From Macrostomum lignano (Eukaryota): a DNA stretch of 64,000 nucleotides. The stretch spans positions 1 to 64,000 of the forward strand of contig NIVC01002592.1 in assembly GCA_002269645.1 (NCBI GenBank), in the 5' to 3' direction. Below are positions 15,301 to 27,000 of the stretch, piece after piece; position 1 is the first letter of the stretch; the number at the start of each line of letters is the position of its first letter. The translations under genes and the position numbers were made by a program. Below the pieces are notes generated by a model, which saw only the letters and a program-made list of their open reading frames with translations, made no database searches and was not told where the DNA came from.

Positions 15301-16676
15301 AGAATATATTTATAGAGTTTCATATAGATATCATCATTAGTATAGATGCTATTAAACCTTAAATGACACTTATGGTCGTAACGACAGGATTTTTGACATA
15401 TAGAAACTAAAAGGTAAAAGTCTTATAACATTTTTCATTTTTGATATTTTGCAATACATTTTTAAAATTTGACTAAGAACATCTTTAGAAATCATACTCT
15501 TTTATTAGAATATATAAACTCAAAAGGCAACAAAGATACAAAAGAAAAGGCAGCCTTATGGTTGTAACATTATGGTCGTAACATATTTTTTTCTGTTAAT
15601 TCAGTAACTTTGAGGTACTAATACATTAAAAATATAATAGATTATTTGGTCACCAATGCTTTTATCTGATGATGCAAGTACTATACTTTTATCTATAGTT
15701 TGTTTCAACCTTCAAAAGCTTTCTATTTGTTTTTAAAAGGTACAAAATCTTAATGATGTCTTTTGCTTCGAAAAATGTCCAAATTTTTACAAAAATGACT
15801 TTTTGCCAATTGATAACATACTAATCCAACATTTTATCATTTATTTATTCTTAGATTGTATATATTGCACATAAAAAACATTTGGTAAAAAAATAGGCTA
15901 ATAAGGCAATGGCAAGCAAAAATATTGACTTTTTTATATTTTCCAAATATGTCCATCTTATATGGAATGAGCCTTCTAGGTCTTTAAATCATGATCCATG
16001 GATCCATGATCCATGATCCAAAAGCCCGCTTCACCTTAGCAAATCTCTAGCAAATATGTTGGATGTCTCAACTGTGCAACTTCTTTTGAACCAAAAAATG
16101 TTGCACTGAAAGTGCTTTGTTGGTGCATTATTGCATTATGCAGCAACCAGACATTGTTCTCTCATTGTTTATATCAAACCTCCCACATCCTTAGCAGCAA
16201 CCTCTTGAGCATTTTAAAATAAAAGTGCTGATTTACAGTTTAGGTTGGGATTTGTTAGGATAAGGTTAGGATTATGCTCTGTGGTATAAACTCTTAATGG
16301 ATGAAGCCTGTAAAATATATACCTTGTTACTTTTTGGCTATCTCATAAATGCCTAGAATAAAAAACAAGAAATTACAATTTTACACCAATTTATACCAAA
16401 CCTCGGATTATTATACTGTAGACATTGCACCAGTAGAAATGCCTAAAGGCTGTCACCAACTCAAATTTACAGTGGAAATTTCTTGCATATCCTCTGTATC
16501 TCCAGTGTCACTATTTAGTTTATCGAAAAGTAAAATCAAGCAAGCTATTTCAAGGTGCTGCTTTCTCTGAGACAAAGGAAGATAAGAATTTGGTTTATTC
16601 GAATCTAAAATCTGTTATGCTTGCATTTCTAGGTTCATTACTAGCTTAACTGTTGCTGTAGCAGCTGTCAGATTCA

Positions 16677-19600
16677 ATGAGATCCAGAATCAAGGATCTG
16701 ACTGGTCTGGTTCGGGGCCTGCAGTGCTTAGCCCAGGCTATGGCCAGCTACCACAGACGGCAATGCTCACCTGCTGCTATCTATGCAACTCAGCAATTGC
16801 TATTAGATGCGGCAAAACAAACTAAAGCCTGTTCTTACCAGTGGCAGGAGCTTCTGGCAAAGTACAAGATTGACAATCCTGCTGTAAGTAACTCTTTTGA
16901 GTTAATAACTGATCATTCTGATCATTTTAAATACAACTTTATACTGATTAGTGAAGCTAAGTGAGTTAGATAAAAGTAAAAATACCCAAAACAATAGAAG
17001 CAACCCAAGATATCATGTAAGTCCTTTGCTGATTGTCTGTCAATCTTGACATATAGTGTTTCAACTAGAATAAACTAAAAGCATGTTTTTGAACGTACCG
17101 AGCCTAGCTGAAGCAAATTTCGAACGAATCAAGCGGATGGACTACGAATTCACGTGTAAAACTGCATTTTCTTATCAATACTACGAGTATTTTGAGTTGG
17201 CCGGTTGTGTCAGTACAGCTTCAATTTGGTGTTTTGTAAATTAAAATTGATTGCAATTTATTTACCTTCATGGTATTTACCTTACCTACCTTTATCTTCA
17301 TGGTATTCAACTCCTCATCCAGCTGGCTGCAAATTGCAGCTCAGACCAGCTAATTGCTATGGCTTTGAAAGTAGGCATAACTTAGGCTGCTACTGCCTCC
17401 CTTGCCCTGCAGGATTTTGCCCTGCGTCGTGTAGACTTACTAGCAAAACAGTCCAGCATTGTGGCTCGGCACCTGGCTGCCTCCCCAGCTGGTCGGCGCC
17501 GGCTGGCTAGGTCGCTCGGCTACCCTACAGTCACAGCCAACACCAATGGCAACGCGTCTGGTGAGGGCGTCCAGCCAGATTCCCTCAAAAAACACCGGTC
17601 GGCGTCATCATCAGCTGATGATTCTGGGACTCGGCAGAAATCCGCGCCCATTAGAGAAAAGCCATCATCCCCCACTACTGACCGGGAGACGCGGCGTCAT
17701 CAGACTGTGCCAGCGCTGTCGCCCAGGTCGCAGCCGCGCCGAGTGCCCGCCTCCCGGCTTGGCAGGCTGGCAAGCTTTGGCGGCCTGGCCGTGGGCCTGG
17801 GCCTTGGCACCGCTAGCGAGTTGGCCAGGCGAGCCATCGGCCAGGAGTCTGCGCAGTCTAGCGCGAGTCTGCTCACCCCGGCCAACGCTGACCGCATTGT
17901 TTCCACGCTTTGTCGTGTGCGTGGCGCGGCGCTGAAGCTCGGCCAGATGGTGAGCCTGCAGGACGAGGCGCTGGTTGACCCGCGCCTATTGGACATATTC
18001 GATAGAGTGCGCCGCTCAGCCGACTTTATGCCGACACAGCAGACCCACCGGGTGCTGGGTTCCGAGCTGGGTTCCGACTGGCGACAGAAGTTTGCCGAGT
18101 TTAATGATAAACCGTTCGCAGCTGCTTCGATAGGTTTGTCAAACAATGATTGACCTATGATGATTGCTTTGCTAAGCAGCACTTTGATATGCAATATAAT
18201 AGACAATGTAATTTAGAGCCAGCGTGCATTCGCCCCTCATACTACAGGCCAGGTGCACTATGGCCGCCTGTCAGATGGTCAAGAGGTGGCCGTGAAGGTG
18301 CAGTATCCGGGAGTAGCCGACAGCATCGAGTCCGACATTGAAAACCTGATGCATTTGCTGCGCGTATGGCAGGTGAGTAACTTAATGAGCTTAATCAGTG
18401 CTTTTATGTTATGTTATGTTATTATGTTATTGTTATAATGGCATCCTCCAGAGAAAACATTAAGAGCGCATCTATCTGCTATCCTCCTCCAGAGAAAACA
18501 TTAAGAGCGCATCTATCTGCTATCCTCCTCCAGAGAAAACATTAAGAGCGCATCTATCTGCTATCCTCCTCCAGAGAAAACATTAAGAGCGCATCTATCT
18601 GCTATCCTCCTCCAGAGAAAACATTAAGAGCGCATCTATCTGCAATCCTCCTCCAGAGAAAACATTAAGAGCGCATCTATCTGCAATCCTCCTCCAGAGA
18701 AAACATTAAGAGCGCATCTATCTGCAATCCTCCTCTAGAGAAAACATTAAGAGCGCATCTATCTGCAATCCTCCTCCAGAGAAAACATTAAGAGCGCATC
18801 TATCTGCTATCCTCCTCCAGAGAAAACATTAAGAGCGCATCTATCTGCAATCCTCCTCCAGAGAAAACATTAAGAGCGCATCTATCTGCAATCCTCCTCC
18901 AGAGAAAACATTAAGAGCGCATCTATCTGCTATCCTCCTCCAGAGAAAACATTAAGAGAATATCTATCTGCAATCCTCCTCCAGAGAAAACATTAAGAGC
19001 GCATCTATCTGCAATCCTCCTCCAGAGAAAACATTAAGAGCGCATCTATCTGCAATCCTCCTCCAGAGAAAACATTAAGAGCGCATCTATCTGCAATCCT
19101 CCTCTAGAAAAAAAACATTAGGAGCGCATCTATCTGCAATCCTCCTCCAGAGAAAACATTAAGAGCGCATCTATCTGCAATCCTCCTCTAGAAAAAAAAC
19201 ATTAGGAGCGCATCTATCTGCAATCCTCCTCCAGAGAAAACATTAAGAGCGCATCTATCTGCAATCCTCCTCCAGAGAAAACATTAAGAGCGCATCTATC
19301 CGTAAAATGTGTGAAAGCAAATTTAGCTTACTCATTTAATTCGCGTGGCCCATGCAGATTCTGCCAGCCGGGCTGTACGCAGACAGCGCTATTGCGGTGG
19401 CAAGGCGCGAGCTGGCCTGGGAGTGCGACTACCAGCGCGAGGCCGAGTGCAGCGAGCGATTCCGGAAACTGCTCTCCGACTGTCAACACCTATCTGTGCC
19501 TCGTGTTCTGCCCGATCTTTCAACGCGGCGAGTTCTCACAACGGACTTCGTCAGCGGCCTCCAGCTTGACGAATGTATCCATCTGGCTGATCAGGCGGAG

Positions 19601-20311
19601 CGGGACTGGCTGGGCAGTACCCTGCTGTCCCTGTGCTTGCGCGAGCTGTTCGAGTTCCGTTTTATGCAGACTGACCCGAACTGGGCGAATTTTCTCTACC
19701 AGCCTGCTGGTCGCGATAGCGCCAGTCAGCGGCTCGTGCTGTTGGACTTTGGCGCCAGCCGAGAGTACGCGGCCAAGTAAGTATTGCAGCAGGAACTGGA
19801 GTTCTCGGAACGTCTGCAAACTTGCAACTTCACCGATTGAATTTGCACGTTAATAAATAGCCAGATCAATAAAGCAAACTTAACTGAATTTTACACAGAA
19901 GCCGTCTTATTACTTTGAAGATTCGTGGACAACTACCTGCGAGTGATTTATTGGGCTGCTGAGCGGGACCATTCACGCATTTTGCGTTACTCCCAGCGCC
20001 TCGGCTTTCTCACCGGCTTCGAGAGTGCCGAGATGAACCAGGCCCATACGGACGCTGTGCTGGCCCTCGGCGAGCCGTTCGCCTCTGAAGGACTCTTCGA
20101 CTTTGGCCAGCAGTCAACCACGCGGACAATTCACGGCCTGATACCAACCATGCTTCGGCACCGGCTAACCCCGCCGCCTGAGGAGAGCTACTCGCTGCAT
20201 AGGAAATTGTCTGGAGCATTCCTGCTCTGCGCCAGGCTGCGCTCACGTATTGCCTGCCGACCAATGCTGCGCAAGGCCTATGAGGAATACCGTTTCACGG
20301 AGCCGGAGTAA
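16677..20311 (+). CDS. COQ8: Atypical kinase COQ8/ADCK3 (ABC1/UbiB family), 5 exons: 16677-16883, 17413-18133, 18248-18372, 19358-19776, 19921-20311 (1863 nt, 620 aa)
   Basis: Family motifs [27 protein letters not shown] (KxGQ), [54 protein letters not shown]. All four introns are GT-AG with compatible phases (0,1,0,2). Exon 1 ([15 protein letters not shown]) resembles invertebrate COQ8 N-termini but is less certain. Confidence 0.95.
18443..19300. repeat. 41-bp minisatellite (~21 copies) filling COQ8 intron 3
   Basis: Unit CCTCCTCCAGAGAAAACATTAAGAGCGCATCTATCTGC(A/T)AT; period 41 (18481 to 18522). Confidence 0.97.
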
Positions 20312-21889
20312 GGAGTGTGCTGGATTCTGCAGCTAACTCGTGAGCTGGCTGCTGCTTTCATTTATTGCAGAACTGAGCAGAGTTTATTTGTGAATCAAGA
20401 ACTGACTCTGAACCGTGCGCTTCGTTCAAACATTCAAGTTTAAAATGCAGATGAGTAATAACATAATTGTCTCATTTTTTAAATTAACCGTGTCCGAAAT
20501 TATGAGCGTTATTAGTTTACTATTAGTATACTGCTCGGTTAAGTTTATCAAATATATAGCTGAGTCGCTGCTAGTTTCGGCTAAGGAAAACGGCCTTCCT
20601 ATTTTATCTCCTGTTTTAGCAATTTCAGGAGTCTTTAATTTAAAATTGGCTGGTAGCCTAACCCTAGCCCAGCTTGTCTGGTCGTTCTGCTTACTCTCTC
20701 GCGAGCTGCCACTGGAATAGGTTTGCCTAGTCCAACTGTAATTCGTATGTGCTTTTTCTACAACTTTGAGCTTCGCTGTTTGGGGAATTTGAATCCGTTC
20801 TTAATTTTTATAGCTGCATTCTGAATCCAGAATACGTTAAATCATTTAGTCCCAATTAACATGTCTAACAGTGTACTTGTAAATGCAAGTTTGTTGCTAC
20901 TGTGTTGTAAGATTAAAATAAAGAACTCGTAACTGGCATTTACTCGTATACCTAACGTGATCAAGGGCATAAGAACTCGCAGTAAGTGTTCATTGTTTCG
21001 TTGCCTTCTGCACCCGGATTCCGTTTGTTTAGAATTCCAGGAAAGCAAGTCCAACCACTGGGCACTAGCCCGGTTGCATTGCCTGCAGCGCCAGCTGAGT
21101 ATTTGCTAAAGCTTCCCATTCCTGAGCAACCGTTTTAAGGTCGTATTTTATTAATGAAGTTGCAACTTTTATCTTCAGTTTTGTGACACTAGTGTCAGTG
21201 TTTTGTATATGGGATGGTGACAAATCTGTGTGGGCATTTATAAGCGGGCACAGATTGAGTTTGCAGTCATCATGAATTCGCCCTTTCTGTCCTCGCTTGA
21301 GTAATAGATGATCAGCAGGTTCTGAGCAAGCAGAAGAGAGCCTCACCTGAAGATGGGACTCTGGCTTAGAGCATTTTATCGAGTCTGTTGCATTAACCAG
21401 AAGGCTTTTCTGAAGGAGATCTACTGTGGCTGTGATTGGCGAAGGTACATAGCATACTACTGAGAGTAATGAGGGAAAAATTAATTTCTATCGTTTTCAG
21501 AAGCCCAGTGCGAGAGAAGGGTCCTATATCCTGATTTTGCGTCATCAGCTTTCTAATGCTAACACTCCGGGAGGGAGCCGTCGAGAGCATAGTTGCTCCA
21601 CAGCTGTCCAAAGCTTCACTATCCAAGCTTAGTGTTGTGTATTGCAAAGGCATGCGATGCGTAGGGGTAGTTCGTAGTTCGGGGACAGCGTTTCTAGAAA
21701 CTTCCACCGCGGACTTGTTTACGCATAGTTCCAGAAGTTTCCTTCCCCGGTCTTTCTAGAACTTTCCTTCCCCGCGTGCATAAATATACGAGCCGCCCTC
21801 CTATTGGCCAAGCCCCTCTTTTGGTGCCACTGAGCGCCCGGATAATTATCTATCTTGTTTCTGCGTTCGTTAATTCAACAACAGAACAT

Positions 21890-21904
21890 TGGCGACGAGG
21901 ATGG
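21890..21904 (+). promoter_or_regulatory. Primer-binding site complementary to the 3' end of tRNA-Ser(GCU)
   Basis: TGGCGACGAGGATGG is the reverse complement of CCATCCTCGTCGCCA, the metazoan tRNA-Ser(GCU) 3' end as recalled (not searched). Confidence 0.75.
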
Positions 21905-23964
21905 CGGCTAGCATCCCTGCACCCACGCCCTTCCTGGCGAACTGCGGATCACCGACAGTACCATGGAGCCGATGGATTGAGGCCTTTGAATTTTATTACG
22001 AGGCGGCCCAATTCAAGGAGCCCGAAGGGAAGGAAGAGGCGAAACCGCTGAAGAAGAGCCTTCTGCTCCATCTGCTTGGATTCGAAGGTCAGCGGGTTGC
22101 TCGAGCACGCCAAGCAATCAAGGAGAACGACACGTTCGCAGCAACTAAGGCGGAGCTCGAGAAGATCTTCGGCGAGAAGCCCAACGTGATGGTAGCCAGA
22201 TATCGCTTCCGCCAGCGCCAGCAGCTACCCGGCGAGGACGTCAAGACCTTCGTGGCAGCCCTGAGGGAGCTGACGGAGCTGTGCAACTACGGCGCGATAC
22301 AGGACGATCTCATCAGAGACCAGCTGGCTGAGAAGACCAGTAACCCCAGAATCCGAGAGAGGCTGCTGACGGAGAAGGTGGAGGACCTCAACCTGGCGAA
22401 AGCGCTCAGCATCGCGGTCTCCATCGAGGAAGCCTCCAAAGAAGCCAAGGCGATGGCGCCATCAACCTCGAGCACGGCAGCCGTCCAATCGATCCGACAG
22501 CCGAGGGGCCAGAAGGTCGCTGCAAAGGGGAGGCACCGCCCAGCACCAGCTGGCAGGACGGCCAAACCCGGCGGCGCCTGCACGCGCTGTGGGCGAGACC
22601 ACGGACCGACGACCCACTGTCCGGCCAAGGGCAAGACATGCGACGCCTGTGGCAAGAAGAACCACTTCCGGAGTTGCTGTCGCAGCCAGCAGGCTGCTGT
22701 CAATGCCGCGGACGAGGTGATCACAGTCTACGCAGTGGCAGGTGGCGACAGGGAGGTCCGGGCGACGCTGGAACTCGGACCGGACAGGACCGCTGTCAGC
22801 CTGATGGTGGACTGCGGCGCAAGGGTGTCGCTGCTGTCCCGACAGACCGCCGATCGGATCTCAGGTGCAGTCACCTCTCCCACTACGACGAAGCTGCGTG
22901 CCTACGGTGGACTGCCGATCCAGCTAAGTGGTGTCACCGAGCTGGAGGTGCGCTACGGCGACAAGGCGATGCAGCACCGGTTCTTCGTTGCGCCAGGCGG
23001 CGACAACATCGTCGGTAGAGACCTGATGGAGAAGCTGGGCTTCCGAGTCGACCTTAGCGGGCAGCCGCCCGGAATCGCGGAGGTCAGCGACTTGACGGCG
23101 GACTTGCAGGCGCGGTACCCAACGACCTTTAGCGGTGCGATAGGATGCTGCGCCGGCGCTGTACACCAGCCCAAGGTCGACCCAGCAGCGCGACCCGTCC
23201 AGCAGCCACTCCGCCGCCTGCCCCTCATGCGACAGGAGCAGGTCGGTGCCGAACTCGACAAGATGGAGAAGGACGGCATCATCGAGCGAGTTCTCGGACT
23301 TCCTGGCCGAGCAGGGCATCCGGCACGTCAAGACCAGCCTCTACCATCCGCAGACCAACGGCCAGACGGAGCGTCTCAATCGGTCGCTACTCGCCAGCAT
23401 CAGAGCGGCCATGGTGGAGAACAGGCCGTTTCAAGACGCCGTGACCAACTTCTTGTCTGCCTACCGGAGCTCCAAGCACAGCCTGACGGGCAAGTCACCG
23501 GCCGAGCTCATGCTGGGTCGGAAGTGGCGCACCGCGATCACCATGCTGTCTCCCGGAGGGGGAATGACAACGACCGAGGCGACGCCTCAGGCACTGCGGC
23601 AGCAAATCGAGGCGCGGCAGCAGCGGATCAAGGCCTACACCGATGCCAGACGAAGGGCCCGCCCCGAGACGTTCCACCCCGGCGATTGGGTGAGAATCCG
23701 ACGGCCCACCAAGAAGGGCAAGCTGGGTACCCGCCTCTCACGGCCACTACAAGTGCTCCGTCAGGCGGGACACCACGCGGTCGAGCTCAGCGACGGCACC
23801 AGATGGAACCAGCAGCGGCTGATCCGAACGCCGCACCCGGCGCAGCCGAGAGAGCGGTTCGACCCACTGGTGGACTCGGCGCCAACGACCGGAGCCGGCA
23901 CGGCGGCACCGGCGGCACCGGCGGCGGAGCCTCCGGCAAGAACAGCAGCGCCCCGCCGATCTGA
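21901..23964 (+). CDS. Gag-protease with the start of RT, then out-of-frame tail after the deletion junction (~23290)
   Basis: ATG at 21901; gag motifs RYRFRQRQQ and IRDQL; knuckles CTRCGRDH..C and CDACGKKNHFRSC; protease LMVDCGA; RT start PVQQPLRRLP...LDKMEKDGIIERV. Confidence 0.88.
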   Translation: MAASIPAPTPFLANCGSPTVPWSRWIEAFEFYYEAAQFKEPEGKEEAKPLKKSLLLHLLGFEGQRVARARQAIKENDTFAATKAELEKIFGEKPNVMVARYRFRQRQQLPGEDVKTFVAALRELTELCNYGAIQDDLIRDQLAEKTSNPRIRERLLTEKVEDLNLAKALSIAVSIEEASKEAKAMAPSTSSTAAVQSIRQPRGQKVAAKGRHRPAPAGRTAKPGGACTRCGRDHGPTTHCPAKGKTCDACGKKNHFRSCCRSQQAAVNAADEVITVYAVAGGDREVRATLELGPDRTAVSLMVDCGARVSLLSRQTADRISGAVTSPTTTKLRAYGGLPIQLSGVTELEVRYGDKAMQHRFFVAPGGDNIVGRDLMEKLGFRVDLSGQPPGIAEVSDLTADLQARYPTTFSGAIGCCAGAVHQPKVDPAARPVQQPLRRLPLMRQEQVGAELDKMEKDGIIERVLGLPGRAGHPARQDQPLPSADQRPDGASQSVATRQHQSGHGGEQAVSRRRDQLLVCLPELQAQPDGQVTGRAHAGSEVAHRDHHAVSRRGNDNDRGDASGTAAANRGAAAADQGLHRCQTKGPPRDVPPRRLGENPTAHQEGQAGYPPLTATTSAPSGGTPRGRAQRRHQMEPAAADPNAAPGAAERAVRPTGGLGANDRSRHGGTGGTGGGASGKNSSAPPI

Positions 23965-24013
23965 GCGAGCCAGGCACCCGCCGATACGCTACATGAACTG
24001 CCGCTGGGACTGA
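23283..24013 (+). pseudogene. C-terminal part of the Gypsy integrase
   Basis: SEFSDFLAEQGIRHVKTSLYHPQTNGQTERLNR (catalytic E), TGKSPAELMLGRK, FHPGDWV; the zinc-binding domain and first catalytic Asp residues are absent. Confidence 0.88.
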
Positions 24014-27000
24014 TTAAAGTGAAGCTTGGGGACTGTTGGACTCCTTGAAGGAGGGGAAGAATGTTGTGTATTGCAAAGGCATGCGATGCGTAGGGGTAGT
24101 TCGTAGTTCGGGGACAGCGTTTCTAGAAACTTCCACCGCGGACTTGTTTACGCATAGTTCCAGAAGTTTCCTTCCCCGGTCTTTCTAGAACTTTCCTTCC
24201 CCGCGTGCATAAATATACGAGCCGCCCTCCTATTGGCCAAGCCCCTCTTTTGGTGCCACTGAGCGCCCGGATAATTATCTATCTTGTTTCTGCGTTCGTT
24301 AATTCAACAACAGAACACTTAGGAAGCAATTCGGACTCAAAATGAGACAGGAAAATGATTGATCTATTGATTCCGGCAATTAGGCAGCGTAAAGGAATAA
24401 ACTGAGGTTAACGTTTTGCTATTGAATAAAGGAATACGAGCGTATGTGTATGTAAATAACGCTCGTATATGTAAATAATACGGTAAGTGCAGAATCTGGG
24501 TGCACGACAATTGACTGCGGACAATTTGCCGAGCAATCTGACTGCCGACAATTTAACTGCCAGCAAAATGACTACCTAAAAGCACTCCAGGCTCTTTATT
24601 CATGACCGTATTTATATGCAAAGCTAGCAAGGCTTTTTACATGAGCAAAAATGCAAGCTACATTTGGCTTTCGATTTGTTATAACGCACGTCGAATTTTC
24701 TGATTGGCTAAGCTTGTTGCCACCCAAGCTCACGTGACCAGAAGATCCTATCAGTTCCCTCGGGGCCATAAAAATACGCCAGGTGCGGTCATAAATCACT
24801 CAAAATCGCTACATATTGATTTATGACCTTTCGCATAGGAATGACAAAAATTAATGAAAAAATATACATTAGAAAGCTCTTATTAAGTAGATAATGAAGA
24901 GAAATCGCTAATCCCAACGTACTTTTAGGGGCAAAACGCATAGTTGTCAAAGCTGTCACACGCTTGAGTAAACACGAACAATAGGCCCTGACCTCATAAA
25001 TCTTGATGGCCTGTCAAAATGAAGAGAAAAAGCTACCGCCCGCATCCTCTCAGACCATCTGGCGCCAGTCTCAGCATTGAGTGAGGCGCAGGTGGCTGTC
25101 AGACCAGCTTCGAAAGCGATGATTTATGACCCAAAAGCCGCACCTATGTTATTATAACTACAAGTATGGCAAGATCATATAACTAGTATGAATTCTAGCA
25201 AAATTACATAAAGAGAAGAAAAGATGCCCATAGCCTGTTGTTAGTATAGGCTAGTAAGTTTGGAGCCCATGTGCGAGCGTGAAGTTTGGAAAAAAGTGCG
25301 TCCTCATCAATAGTACGACGAACCTTCACGAAAAGTGTAAGAATGCTCTTTTCTCTGATCTTTCTTTTTACTCGTAGATTCTCTTTTGTTCTGGAATGTT
25401 TCGGCTGCTTAACATACTTGTCGTTCAGAACGTAAAAAACACTTGATTAAGCGGTTACTTTAGCCATTGAGACAAAAAATTCCAGAACGGAGCACTTGGA
25501 CAAGAAATATACTCGACCTATATCTGAAAAGTTAGCTCGTAAGTGTACGAGCTATTACGAGTATATGCAGACCTCACCGTGTCAGTCACTCTGCAGACCT
25601 CACTCTATCAGTCACTCTGCAGACCTCACTCTGTCAGTCACTCAACTTTCACAACACATTCCTTTGTGGGCTATTAGCTCTTACACTGATCTTCATTGCA
25701 TGTATATTTGTAGTGCAAGCAATGTGACGCCAGTCTATTATCGATTTATTCTTAGACTGCACCTTATCAGTTATCTGACCCTCCCCCAGCCCTCTGTGTC
25801 AGCCCATTCTCTCTTAATGATATGTTCTTCTGCCCCACACATTGATATGCGCCTCAGAAGGTAAATAATTTGACCAACTTGCCACCCCAATCTTTATTCA
25901 CCCCGAAAAATTTAAGACCCAGGATATTTCAAAGCCCGATTTTATTGTGCCTTAGATTATCCAGGGTAGGTTATCACAAAGCGACAATGATTTTGCGATG
26001 TCCGCCGGATAAATTGAACACCGGTGGACAGAAAGCTTAACACCGGGTTGTTTGAAGGTACACGCCAGAGGCACGGCCGCCACCAGTCACCTGTGCGGGA
26101 GTACACCCGCGGTAAAAAAACTCCCACTATAACTAGACGTTAACTCCCGGTCTGTAACAGACAAAGGTTCTTGACCCCAACTGTACTAGAAATGGCCGAT
26201 TAAAAGGGACTCTATGCGAGGCATACAAGGAAACGAGGTCTTTGCATAGGGGGATTGTTTAGCTGCATGGTGAGCGATTTTAAGACTACGATTCCCTCTT
26301 ACGCCCCAGTATCCCAAGGTCAAATAATAGGTAACGCCATTTTGTGTCATCCTCCTTAGATGGGTTCGATGCTGCAGGGAATGGGGAATTGCAGGAGGTT
26401 CCAGAGCTTTCTTGTGGTGCACATCCTGAAGGGACTTGTTTAGAAATATTGTTACTGCTATGAATTTCGGTTGAATTCGGCTCATACTCGATGATCTTCC
26501 GTAAACTTAATCTGCTTAACATTTCAAACAATGCGTGTAAATGAACAATTAAATAGAATAATTAAATGCCAATAATAACTTTGCAAAAAGACTTTTACAA
26601 CGACGGTTACACTAAACCGTCACACTCAGCTTCCATTCCATGCCCTGCGACAGGCGCACTCACTACTCGCGCTTCATACCACGATTCCTGGTAAATAAAT
26701 ATAAACAGACAGGAGCAACAGAGTTGAATAGCTAACGCCTTGAATTGCTAGCCCGAAACTATGGCCCTAACAGTTCGGTTAATAATTAAAACGGAATAAG
26801 TTAAGATTAAAAGATTAGGAAATCGTGAGCAATGGGGGGAGACCGGGCTAACGATACCCAAGGGCAGCGCAACAGAGGAAAAATACGAGTATCCTACGGA
26901 CGCGGCAGACGGGCAGGGCTATTTGGCGCGGTGGTCGTCGGATGGTCACGGCGGCGGCTGCAGTCACGGACGATCAGTCCAGTCAAAACACGTCAGAAAG

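Larger units (their letters stand above)
21633..24317 (+). mobile_element. Ty3/Gypsy (Mag-like) LTR retrotransposon, internally deleted
   Basis: LTRs 21633-21888 and 24062-24317 (256 bp, TG...CA, identical by eye); TSD CTTAG on both sides; PBS TGGCGACGAGGATGG at 21890; PPT GAAGGAGGGGAAGAA before the 3' LTR. Confidence 0.97.

Noticed and set aside
17205-20264. Overlapping and antisense ORFs around COQ8
   Set aside because: Shadow frames of GC-rich exons.
20415-21630. Several short minus-strand ORFs downstream of COQ8
   Set aside because: Could not join them into a spliced gene or recognise a domain; TBLASTN/BLASTX would be needed.
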